A stretch of 55,825 nt of DNA from a virus (IMGVR_UViG_3300017706_000806:1-55825); one strand, 5' to 3'. Numbered from the stretch's first letter, positions 8,820 to 17,559 are shown. A program made the numbers and translations. The notes: generated by a model not told the origin, from the letters alone.

Positions 8820-9946
8820 AAAAATTATATAGAATGAATGCAGGATTGGAACAGCATCCTGTAATATTTAATAAACAAGCAAGTAAAGATTGGTTTAGGA
8901 TTGAAGAATCTGGTGACTATCATATGGGTGCTGCTGAGTATTGGCATCTTAGAGCGGAAGATATATCTGGGTTTAATATACCTATTAGAGATGTTAAAAA
9001 TTCTCCAATTGTTTTGCAAGGGAAAAAGATATACAGATATCCATCTTTAGATCTACCTAGACAAAAAGTTGATTTACTTAAAGAAAACTTTGATGTTAAA
9101 GTCACTAGAAATAGAGATAAAGCTGATCTTTGCATAACATCTTTTAAACATATTAAAAGTTTAATAGATATAAGCTGGATAGACATTGTATCATTTAGGG
9201 AGTTTTATTCTATATGTTTAGACATGAAAGAAGAAGACTTATTAGATAGTTTAGCATTGGATCAACTAAGGACTACGTTAAGTGAAATGGATAAAGATTC
9301 TGTTGTTGCCCTTCCCAAGTATCATTCTTATGGTAAGAGTGATGACGTGATAGAGTGGTATGATAAGTTTACAACAATTTGTCACAACCGGAAAAATGTT
9401 TACAAACATGCTAGCAGAAGTTTTATATTGCATGCTGAGGACTATTCATCTTACTTGGGCTTAATAGATCCAAGTAATGATACAGTATTTGACACTGATG
9501 TTTGTAATGTAATAGATGAAGATTTGGCTGTACTGGATAATTCGGAGTATGATACAATAGAGTCTATGATTTGTAATGATGGAATAGAAAACAGGACACT
9601 TGCATTAGAAATGCTAGCAAATTGTAATCTTAACAGTTCATTTGATGTAGTTTCTGGTATATTCTATTGGCATTATGAGTGGTGCAAATCCACAAGCAAT
9701 TGGAATACAGCCAATGTAAAGACGTTAAGAAATAGATTAGCTGAATATCAAGGTGATCATCCAAGAAACAGTGTTCATTCTCATGACAGATATATCATGG
9801 CATTACGTAACAGCAATAAACTTACAGAATTTGCAATTAACAAAACCAGAGAATCACTGTACAAAAATGTATTAGGTAATGTTGTTGGAAAAGATGCAAG
9901 CGTATTCAGCGTTGACTTTGAAAATTTAAAACTAAAAGAAGAATAA
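8816..9946 (+). CDS. Hypothetical protein with BRCT-like segment (paralogue B)
   Basis: LQGKKIYRYPSLDLPRQKVDLLKENFDVKVTRNRDKADLCI. ATGA overlap with paralogue A. Confidence 0.7.
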   Translation: MKKLYRMNAGLEQHPVIFNKQASKDWFRIEESGDYHMGAAEYWHLRAEDISGFNIPIRDVKNSPIVLQGKKIYRYPSLDLPRQKVDLLKENFDVKVTRNRDKADLCITSFKHIKSLIDISWIDIVSFREFYSICLDMKEEDLLDSLALDQLRTTLSEMDKDSVVALPKYHSYGKSDDVIEWYDKFTTICHNRKNVYKHASRSFILHAEDYSSYLGLIDPSNDTVFDTDVCNVIDEDLAVLDNSEYDTIESMICNDGIENRTLALEMLANCNLNSSFDVVSGIFYWHYEWCKSTSNWNTANVKTLRNRLAEYQGDHPRNSVHSHDRYIMALRNSNKLTEFAINKTRESLYKNVLGNVVGKDASVFSVDFENLKLKEE

Positions 9947-9947
9947 G

Positions 9948-10946
9948 ATGAATAGAAATTTAGAAAAAGAAGAGCAGTTTTACTTGAATGATAAGTTCAA
10001 GTTTAGCTACTCTTCATTAAACAAACTTTTGTTTTCACCATCCTTATTTTATAAGGACTATATTTTAAATGACCGTGAGGTTAGAACAGACAAACATCTT
10101 GTAGAAGGTAAACTTATACATTGTTTGGTGTTTGAACCTGAAGAACTGAATAATAAATTTAACATTGTTCCGGGTAAAAGCCCTAGTGACAATATTAGAA
10201 AGGTGCTAAAAGACATGTCTCTGCATACTGATGCAGAAACATTAGCAAGTTGTGAGGACTCTATAATTTTAGATTCTCTTAAGAACCTTAATTTGTTTCA
10301 GTCACTCAAAGCAGATGAGTCAAGAATTGCTAAAGTTAGAACAGAAGACAATGAGCCTTATTGGAAGTTTCTTAGTAACACTAACGTTGATGTTGTTGAT
10401 CAGGATACTTTATTAAAGTGTCAGGAGCAAGCAGATAACATCAAGAGTAATGGTGAAGTTATGTCTATATTTGGAGAAGTTGAAACTGATTTTGAGTTAG
10501 ATCCAATTGAAACCTACGCAGAAAAGTATCTGACGTCAGGCTTGTCTAACATGCCTTTTGGTTTACACGGTTACATAGATTACTATAAAGTTAATCATAA
10601 AGATAAACTGGTAACAATATGTGATCTTAAGACAACAAGCAAATCAATATCTGACTTTAAAGATACTGTTGACTATTATAACTATTGGTTGCAGGCAGCT
10701 ATATATTGCAAGTTAGTTTATGAAAATCTATCTAAGCAGGTAGATGACATTGACTCTTACAAAATATTGTTTAAGTTTGTTGTTGTAGACAAGTACAATC
10801 AAGTATATCCTTTTGATGTAAGTGAAGAAACACTAAACAACTGGGCAATGTCTCTATTAAATGTAATAAAAGCTGCTGAATATCATTATAATGAGAGAAA
10901 CTACTCTCTTCCCTATGAATTTCTAGTAGAAAAAGTTAAATTATAG
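9948..10946 (+). CDS. PD-(D/E)xK exonuclease (RecE/ExoVIII-like)
   Basis: SYSSL, GKLIH, GYID...DLKT and LQAAIY motifs. Confidence 0.85.
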   Translation: MNRNLEKEEQFYLNDKFKFSYSSLNKLLFSPSLFYKDYILNDREVRTDKHLVEGKLIHCLVFEPEELNNKFNIVPGKSPSDNIRKVLKDMSLHTDAETLASCEDSIILDSLKNLNLFQSLKADESRIAKVRTEDNEPYWKFLSNTNVDVVDQDTLLKCQEQADNIKSNGEVMSIFGEVETDFELDPIETYAEKYLTSGLSNMPFGLHGYIDYYKVNHKDKLVTICDLKTTSKSISDFKDTVDYYNYWLQAAIYCKLVYENLSKQVDDIDSYKILFKFVVVDKYNQVYPFDVSEETLNNWAMSLLNVIKAAEYHYNERNYSLPYEFLVEKVKL

Positions 10947-10947
10947 T

Positions 10948-11523
10948 ATGAGTTCTGTATACACAGATTATTTTCAAAAGAGTAAAGTCTTTTTATACCC
11001 TTTATTGCAGTTTAAAAAAGGCTTATCATATGTTCCTAGGCAAACATACATTGCTATGGATCATATGTACTCTTTTGATGATTATCGGTTCCTGTGTGAG
11101 TATCATGTTAAGATGTCAGAAAAGTTCAAGGAGTTCTTTAATACACATATTAAAAATCATCCCAGGTTTGATCATCATATTGATTTAGGGGATGATAAAC
11201 ATGTGTTTGTGTTTGACTTTGTTACCTTTAAAAGTGACTATAAAAGATTTCTAGTTGGTAAGTACTCACATTTTACATTAGAGTCTAAGTTAATTATCTT
11301 AGATTTTTTTAGTGAGGGTAAGTCATCTGAATATATAGAAGTCTTTTTATCACCTGATGGGTATCATGCAGACTACGCTGATGCATTGGATGTAGATATA
11401 GATATCATAGAAAAGGTATCTGAATTATGCAGTGTACCAGATCTTGATAAAGAGACCTTAATTAATAAAAATACACAATTACTTAGTTTATTAGAAACAT
11501 GTAATGTATATTTGTCTAAATAA
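10948..11523 (+). CDS. Hypothetical protein
   Basis: 191-aa ORF tightly packed in the operon. Confidence 0.8.
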   Translation: MSSVYTDYFQKSKVFLYPLLQFKKGLSYVPRQTYIAMDHMYSFDDYRFLCEYHVKMSEKFKEFFNTHIKNHPRFDHHIDLGDDKHVFVFDFVTFKSDYKRFLVGKYSHFTLESKLIILDFFSEGKSSEYIEVFLSPDGYHADYADALDVDIDIIEKVSELCSVPDLDKETLINKNTQLLSLLETCNVYLSK

Positions 11524-11532
11524 AAAATTAAT

Positions 11533-11949
11533 ATGGCACAAGTAGGACAAAATATGATGTTAGTAAATTCTAGTTTTAGAAATGCTAAATCATTTACAAT
11601 GATCCCTGTGAGTATTGACTCACCATATGTAGAAGCTATGTTTGATCCAACGTCAGGCATTTTAGCAGTTATCAGTAAAGTAATGAAGCAATCATATCAT
11701 ATGGTTGCTAAGTTAGATGATAACGGTCAACCAATAAGATTAAAAACTCCTAATCAGCAAACTGGTAAAACAGTTAAAGAAGAGAGAAGATTGGTTGATA
11801 CCTTTTCTGAGTTTTATTTATCTGATGAAAAGGATATTGAAAACTTTATCAATATATTTGCAATGAATGCATCAGCTTTTGATTACAAAAGTTTTTTCGT
11901 AGATGCTAAAGAGACAAAAGTTTCTAATATCATAATGCCTGGTTCATAA
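11533..11949 (+). CDS. Hypothetical protein
   Basis: 138-aa ORF with an A-rich leader. Confidence 0.8.
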   Translation: MAQVGQNMMLVNSSFRNAKSFTMIPVSIDSPYVEAMFDPTSGILAVISKVMKQSYHMVAKLDDNGQPIRLKTPNQQTGKTVKEERRLVDTFSEFYLSDEKDIENFINIFAMNASAFDYKSFFVDAKETKVSNIIMPGS

Positions 11950-11964
11950 TTACTCTCTAAGTAT

Positions 11965-11988
11965 TAAAGACCCCAACTCAGGTCTTTA
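11965..11988 (+). other. Intergenic RNA hairpin
   Basis: TAAAGACC-ccaactca-GGTCTTTA, a perfect 8-bp stem. Confidence 0.5.
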
Positions 11989-12007
11989 GTTTGTTAACAG
12001 GTATGAG

Positions 12008-12036
12008 AAGAGCCCATTGATTTGGGCTTTTTTTTT
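12008..12036 (+). terminator. Rho-independent terminator
   Basis: AAGAGCCCA-ttgatt-TGGGCTTTT followed by a long T-run. Confidence 0.85.
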
Positions 12037-12054
12037 GGCTCTAAATTTTAAATT

Positions 12055-12327
12055 ATGAAGAATCTTACCAATGAAGAAATAATAGATGTAAATATTTTAC
12101 TTGCGCTTGTTAAATGTACAAGTGAGATGTCACATAACTTACAGTACATGCATACTGAGAAAGAAAGATTGAGAATTAAGCAGGTTAAGAAGAGTACTGG
12201 TTTATATGAAACACAGTTAAGTAAGAGATTTAATTATTCTCAGAAAAATGCTGTAGAAGAAATATATGATGTAATCATGGACCTTATATTAGATGCTAGA
12301 CAGGTAAGTTTAGAAAATGCAAAATAA
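12055..12327 (+). CDS. Hypothetical protein
   Basis: 90-aa ORF upstream of PolB. Confidence 0.7.
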   Translation: MKNLTNEEIIDVNILLALVKCTSEMSHNLQYMHTEKERLRIKQVKKSTGLYETQLSKRFNYSQKNAVEEIYDVIMDLILDARQVSLENAK

Positions 12328-12341
12328 AAAAGAAAAAGAAG

Positions 12342-14351
12342 ATGGATAAAAAACACTGGGTAATGGATTATGAGACACTTTATGATTGTTTTACTGGTGT
12401 TTTTGAACATTATAAAACTAAAGAAACAAAGATTTTTGTAATAAGTAGACTTAGAAATGATCAAACTGAATTTTTAGAATTCCTTGATCAAAATATTAAA
12501 AATAAAGAGTGGCATATATCCTATAATGGATTAGCATTTGATGCACAGGTTACTCATTATATATTAGATAACATTAGTAACTGGAAAGATGAAGAGGGGT
12601 TGGATCTTGATGGTCATCTAGTTGCTAACCTCATCTATAAGTATGCACAACGTACTATAGATAAGAGCAACAGGAAAGAGTTTAGTGATTACCCGCAGTG
12701 GAAAATGGAGATAGGTCAAATTGATTTATTTAAAATGCATCACTGGGATAACCCTGCTAAACGTTCCAGTCTTAAATGGATTCAGTATAGCATGGATTGG
12801 CAGAACATATTAGATATGCCAATTCATCACAATACAGAAATTAGAACTCAAGATGAACTTGATACAATAATTGAATATTGTGTGAATGATGTTCAGTCAA
12901 CTAAGGAGATCTATAACAGATCAAAGTCTCAGGTAGCTTTAAGAAAAGAGCTTACTAAAAAGTATGGGATTAATATGTTTAGTGCATCTGAACCAAGGAT
13001 AAGCAAAGAGATATTTGGGTATTATTTATCTCAAAATCTTAATATTCCAAAGAGAGATCTCAAGAACATGAGAACTTATAGGGATAGCATTAAAGTTAAG
13101 GATATAATTCTTCCTTATATAAGCTTTACTTCTCCTGAATTTAATATGCTGCTGCAGCGTTTTTCTTCACTTGAGGTTGACGCAAGTAGTCTTAAGGGTA
13201 GTTTTAAGTATCACATTAACTACAAGAATGTTAAAACACATTTTGGTTTAGGTGGTGCACACGGTGCTAATAGTAAAGGTGTATATGAACCAGAGGATGG
13301 CATGATGATTATGTCTTCTGATGTTACTTCATTTTATCCTAATCTGGCTATCAAAAACAGATGGTCTCCAGGACACTTTCCTAAAGATGAGTTTTGTAAT
13401 CAGTATGAGTGGTTTTTTGAAGAGCGTAAGAAGATCCCTAAGAGCAATCCAATGAACTATGTATATAAGATTATACTTAATTCTACTTTTGGTCTTAGCA
13501 ATGATGAAAAGAGCTTCTTCTATGATCCTGAGCTCTGTATGAGAATTACTATTAACGGTCAGTTATCTCTTATGATGCTTTATGAGCAAATAATGGAAAG
13601 AATACCCGGTGCAATAGCTTTATTACAGAACACAGATGGTGTAGAAACTATAATTCCAAAAGACTATTATGATGAGTACATGCAGATATGCAAAGAATGG
13701 GAGGAGAAGACTAATCTCAATCTTGAGCATGATGAGTATCAGAAGATGGTCATTGGTGACGTAAACAACTACATCGGTATAAATAACTGGGTGGAAGTGG
13801 ATCTTTCTTCATGGAGAGATATTAAAGCTGAAAACCCGCATTACTTATTTAAAGTAGAAAATGATAAGTTTAGTTTTGCACCTGTGAAGCTGAAAGGTAG
13901 ATTTGATTTTCATAACCTTCAGTTGCATAAAAACAAATCTAAACTTGTAATACCTAAAGCAATCTATCATTATTTTGTACATAACGTTCTTCCTGATGAC
14001 TATCTTGATACTAATAAGAATATTCTAGATTATTGTATAGGAGCTAAATCAAAAGGTGACTGGAAACAAGTTGCAAGACAGATAAAAGAAGGTTCTTTTG
14101 ATGAAGAAGATTTGCAAAAGATCAACAGATATTTTATATCTAATGATGGAGTGAAGATTATAAAGGTAAACAAAAAAGATGCAAGAGAAATACAATTAGA
14201 ATCAGGCCGCTGGATGCAATCCATCTTTAACAAGATGCACATTAAACCAAAGTGGGAGGAATATAGTATCAACAAAAGATATTACTTGGATGCTATAGAG
14301 CAAGAGATTAATAGTATTATCACCGTATCAAATCAATTAACATTATTTTAA
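12342..14351 (+). CDS. DNA polymerase family B with 3'-5' exonuclease
   Basis: ExoI DYET, ExoII YNGLAFD, ExoIII YCVND. Polymerase motifs SDVTSFYP, KIILNSTFG and NTDG. Confidence 0.95.
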   Translation: MDKKHWVMDYETLYDCFTGVFEHYKTKETKIFVISRLRNDQTEFLEFLDQNIKNKEWHISYNGLAFDAQVTHYILDNISNWKDEEGLDLDGHLVANLIYKYAQRTIDKSNRKEFSDYPQWKMEIGQIDLFKMHHWDNPAKRSSLKWIQYSMDWQNILDMPIHHNTEIRTQDELDTIIEYCVNDVQSTKEIYNRSKSQVALRKELTKKYGINMFSASEPRISKEIFGYYLSQNLNIPKRDLKNMRTYRDSIKVKDIILPYISFTSPEFNMLLQRFSSLEVDASSLKGSFKYHINYKNVKTHFGLGGAHGANSKGVYEPEDGMMIMSSDVTSFYPNLAIKNRWSPGHFPKDEFCNQYEWFFEERKKIPKSNPMNYVYKIILNSTFGLSNDEKSFFYDPELCMRITINGQLSLMMLYEQIMERIPGAIALLQNTDGVETIIPKDYYDEYMQICKEWEEKTNLNLEHDEYQKMVIGDVNNYIGINNWVEVDLSSWRDIKAENPHYLFKVENDKFSFAPVKLKGRFDFHNLQLHKNKSKLVIPKAIYHYFVHNVLPDDYLDTNKNILDYCIGAKSKGDWKQVARQIKEGSFDEEDLQKINRYFISNDGVKIIKVNKKDAREIQLESGRWMQSIFNKMHIKPKWEEYSINKRYYLDAIEQEINSIITVSNQLTLF

Positions 14352-14359
14352 AAACAAAC

Positions 14360-14662
14360 ATGGATTATTTTGAATTAGAAGCAGTCATAGAAACATGGGC
14401 TCAAGAAAAAGGTATTCTTGCTAAAGCTACACCAATGGCCCAGGCACTGAAGACACTAGAAGAAACAACAGAGCTTTGTACGGCCATCAATAATGATGAC
14501 CGTGCAGAGATTATAGATGCTATGGGTGACATAATGGTCACCTTGATTATACAAGCAAAGATGCAAGATCTTTCTTTAGAAGGCTGTTTAGAGTCAGCTT
14601 ACAATGTCATATCCAAACGTACAGGTAAAATGGTTAATGGTCAATTTGTTAAAGACAATTGA
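14360..14662 (+). CDS. MazG-like NTP pyrophosphohydrolase
   Basis: KTLEETTEL...DAMGD acidic pattern and the AYNVISKRTGKMVNGQFVK tail typical of phage MazG-like proteins. Confidence 0.85.
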   Translation: MDYFELEAVIETWAQEKGILAKATPMAQALKTLEETTELCTAINNDDRAEIIDAMGDIMVTLIIQAKMQDLSLEGCLESAYNVISKRTGKMVNGQFVKDN

Positions 14663-15492
14663 TTAAGATCCAGAAGACTAAAACTTTAATTACTAAGACC
14701 AATAATAATAGTAGTAACTGCATAGCTCCCAATATCATCTATGGATGTTTTGGAGGCTGTGTAGATACCTATTGTTATATGTCAAGATACAATGGTAAAA
14801 GAGTTTTTGTAAATAAAAACGTTGATGACATTTATCAGTCTGTTGTAGAATGGGAAAAAGAATTTGTCAAAGTCCCTGATCAACAAGACCCTATATATAC
14901 TATGGTAGACATTGCTTGCAACTCAGATTTAGTTCTGATGCAGAAGCATATGCCTGAACCATTGATTGATTATCTTAAACGTTATGATGATCATCCTCAA
15001 CTAAATAGTACTATGGCTACTAAATATCCTGGTTTGTTGAACCTTAATGTAAAAACGTTCAACAAAAAACCAAGAGTACGTGTAAGTCTTATGCCTCAGA
15101 AGTATTCTAATATATTAGAACCTAAGATGCAAAAGATAGAGAGCCGTATAGCTGATGTTAACCGGCTCAAGGAGTTAGGATGGGAAGTTCATTTAAATTA
15201 TAGCCCTCTAGTTTTTTATCCTGGATGGAAAGAAGAATATGATAATCTTTTTTCTATGGTTAAAGATGCTGCTGGAGAAAACAAATGTGAAGTCATTGCT
15301 TTAACTAACCATGTTAAACAAATGAATAAAGCTAAACCAGAGGCAAGAGAGTTAATGAGAAGATCATATGAGATAAAGAATCAGTCAGGAGTTATGAGAT
15401 ATCCTTTAGAACATAAGGGAAGATTGTTGTCTGAATTTAAGGAAATTTATTCAAAGTATTTTTCTATAAAAACAATCAGATATATATTTTAA
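14659..15492 (+). CDS. Spore photoproduct lyase-like radical SAM protein (SplB family)
   Basis: IAPNIIYGCFGGCVDTYCY, VFVN, DIACNSD, ATK, RVRVSLMP, LEP and NYSPLV. TTG start overlaps the MazG stop. Confidence 0.8.
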   Translation: MIKIQKTKTLITKTNNNSSNCIAPNIIYGCFGGCVDTYCYMSRYNGKRVFVNKNVDDIYQSVVEWEKEFVKVPDQQDPIYTMVDIACNSDLVLMQKHMPEPLIDYLKRYDDHPQLNSTMATKYPGLLNLNVKTFNKKPRVRVSLMPQKYSNILEPKMQKIESRIADVNRLKELGWEVHLNYSPLVFYPGWKEEYDNLFSMVKDAAGENKCEVIALTNHVKQMNKAKPEARELMRRSYEIKNQSGVMRYPLEHKGRLLSEFKEIYSKYFSIKTIRYIF

Positions 15493-15523
15493 TTGGTTAT
15501 CCCATATAAAATAGTTACCTTTA
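15493..15523 (+). promoter_or_regulatory. Bacteroidota sigma-type promoter (-33/-7)
   Basis: TTG (15493) -N20- TACCTTTA (15516), intergenic, upstream of the DUF932 gene. Confidence 0.6.
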
Positions 15524-15542
15524 CACTTTAAAAGTTTAAATT

Positions 15543-16430
15543 ATGCGTTATAAAAGAGCAGTAGAAACAACACAAAATTATTTAGAAAGTCAACCTTTAC
15601 CTAAACATGGTAAGAGTTATACAGTCATATCACATAAACAGGTGATAGATGACACAAAAAATTTATTAGAGAATAGTGGATTTACTATTCGTAAAGAATT
15701 ATATAGAGCAAACATGAATGCCAATGTAGCACAAGGCATATATCATATCTATCCTTCACAGACTACTGATGAAGATATCTCTAAAGAAAGAGAATTAGGG
15801 ATGATGTTTGCCTGGACAAACTCTTATGATAAGAGCACAAGATTTCAGTGTGCAATTGGAGCATATGTTATGGTATGTAATAATGGTATGGTAGCTGGAG
15901 ATATGATGAACTTTAAAAGGAAACATACAGGATCCGCAGGTCATGATATTAAAATGCAGTTAAGCAATCAAATTAAGAATGGTGAAGTTCACTATTCACG
16001 TATTCTTAAAGACAGAAATGCTTTAAGGTCTACAGTATTAACTAAGACAGAGCAAGCAGCTTTGGTAGGTAGATTGTTTATAGATGAGGAGATTATAACT
16101 TCTTCACAGGTATCTGTCATTAAGAAGGAAATCAATAAACCTTCTTATGATTACTCAACAAATGATGATAATGCCTGGGCTTTCTATAATCATGTTACAC
16201 ATGCATTAAAACTGTCTACGCCAAGAGATTGGCTACAAGATACTCAGAACTTTCATGATTTCATGATGTCAAATGTTGTACCCAGCATTGATTTAAATGC
16301 TTTAGAAGAGATTTCACATAATAAAGATTACTTTAGTTGGGCCGTAGACTTCGGTGGTAACAATGGTATTGTTGAAATAGATGAAGAAGTACAAAATCCA
16401 TTTGGAATTGTAGACATTGCACAGATTTGA
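15543..16430 (+). CDS. DUF932/DUF945-family protein
   Basis: YTVISH and NSYDKS...GAYVMVCNNG...KRKHT signature, plus WAFYNHVT. Confidence 0.75.
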   Translation: MRYKRAVETTQNYLESQPLPKHGKSYTVISHKQVIDDTKNLLENSGFTIRKELYRANMNANVAQGIYHIYPSQTTDEDISKERELGMMFAWTNSYDKSTRFQCAIGAYVMVCNNGMVAGDMMNFKRKHTGSAGHDIKMQLSNQIKNGEVHYSRILKDRNALRSTVLTKTEQAALVGRLFIDEEIITSSQVSVIKKEINKPSYDYSTNDDNAWAFYNHVTHALKLSTPRDWLQDTQNFHDFMMSNVVPSIDLNALEEISHNKDYFSWAVDFGGNNGIVEIDEEVQNPFGIVDIAQI

Positions 16431-16433
16431 AGA

Positions 16434-16464
16434 TTGTTCTCTTAATTGTAGGTGCATATATTTG
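16434..16464 (+). promoter_or_regulatory. Bacteroidota sigma-type promoter
   Basis: TTG (16434) -N20- TATATTTG (16457), a perfect TAnnTTTG -7 element. Confidence 0.5.
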
Positions 16465-16502
16465 CATTTGTATGAGCAAGGGTAGTGAAAATCTTTGATT
16501 CA

Positions 16503-16555
16503 GGAAGACCAACCAACTAGAGGGAGTTTTATATTCCCTCTAGGTCTTCTTTTTT
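16503..16555 (+). terminator. Long bulged hairpin / terminator
   Basis: GGAAGACC...TAGAGGGAG-ttttata-TTCCCTCTA-GGTCTTCT followed by a T-run. Confidence 0.75.
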
Positions 16556-16575
16556 ACATTAAATAATAATAAAAA

Positions 16576-16818
16576 ATGACAGAACAAGAGTTACATGTAC
16601 TATTAGAGATACAGTATCTGAAAGGAAGGTTGGATGAGTTAGAGTATAAGGCACTACCTAATACTTTAAATCTACATAAAACTAGAGTGTTAGACCAGCG
16701 TATTTCTAAGTACTATAATAAATTAAAAAATACTTCTGAGCTTGCTTACCATTTACATATGGTAGAAAGATCAAACATAAAAGAAACTAAACGTAAGATT
16801 TTAAAAGAAGAACAATGA
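16576..16818 (+). CDS. Hypothetical protein
   Basis: 80-aa ORF with an A-rich leader and ATGA overlap with the next gene. Confidence 0.7.
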   Translation: MTEQELHVLLEIQYLKGRLDELEYKALPNTLNLHKTRVLDQRISKYYNKLKNTSELAYHLHMVERSNIKETKRKILKEEQ

Positions 16819-17174
16819 AAAAACATATAGAAGAAAAAGAACTCCCTGCTGTTACAGCTTGTGAAGCTTTGTATCCTGAAACAATTGCTGAGTTTAGAAA
16901 GATACAAGAAGAACAGTTAAAGTTGTTCTGCAGAAAACAGATGGACTACGGCCCTGAGAATATCACTCTTGGCAAAGATTTAGGAAAAGCTAAGAATCTT
17001 AAACTTAGTTTGCTAGGTGTATGGTTCCGTAGTAATGATAAAATACAAAGAATATTAAACCTGGTACAGTCAGATCGTAACCCGCAAAATGAAAGCTTAG
17101 AAGATTCATGGGTTGACTTATCTAATTACTCAATCATCTCTATGTTGATCAGTCGTAATAAATGGGGTAAATAA
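16815..17174 (+). CDS. Nucleotide modification associated domain 1 (Nmad1/DUF1599-like)
   Basis: KQMDYG, RSNDKIQR and NESLEDSWVDLSNYSII signature. Confidence 0.75.
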   Translation: MKKHIEEKELPAVTACEALYPETIAEFRKIQEEQLKLFCRKQMDYGPENITLGKDLGKAKNLKLSLLGVWFRSNDKIQRILNLVQSDRNPQNESLEDSWVDLSNYSIISMLISRNKWGK

Positions 17175-17192
17175 AAATAATATTTATAAACC

Positions 17193-17495
17193 ATGAGTTT
17201 AAAAAAGTTAAAAAAAGAATATCAAGAAACAGATAGTACTGAAATACGTAATGCTATATTAGAAAATGCAGTTTATGGTTTTCTTGGTTCTATACTTGTT
17301 GTCTTTATTGCTGAAAGAGTGGATATCCTTGTATTACTTGGATACATGACTTACTACTTTTATGTAGGTAAGGTAATCAACCGTCCCAAGTATGTTACAA
17401 GCCTTGGTAAATTTATAATATTTCCTGTCCCTACAGCTTTGGGTGCATTTGCTGGATACAAATTAGCATATGTGTTATCTTCTTTAATGGCATAA
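17193..17495 (+). CDS. Small membrane protein (about 3 TM)
   Basis: Three hydrophobic segments. Confidence 0.7.
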   Translation: MSLKKLKKEYQETDSTEIRNAILENAVYGFLGSILVVFIAERVDILVLLGYMTYYFYVGKVINRPKYVTSLGKFIIFPVPTALGAFAGYKLAYVLSSLMA

Positions 17496-17530
17496 AAAAA
17501 GGGTAATCATTTCTGACTACCCTTTCTGTT
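17494..17530. terminator. Bidirectional terminator between convergent modules
   Basis: A-run, then GGGTAATCA-tttc-TGACTACCC, then T-rich tail. Confidence 0.8.
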
Positions 17531-17559
17531 TATTTAGAGTTTATTCTCTTTATGATATA

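Noticed and set aside
11920-11949. C-terminal SNIIMP resembling the GroES mobile loop
   Set aside because: The match is too short and there is no GroES fold pattern in the rest of the protein.
16427-16498. 23-aa hydrophobic ORF (TTG start)
   Set aside because: Too short to support and it overlaps a consensus promoter; kept only as an alternative to the sRNA reading.
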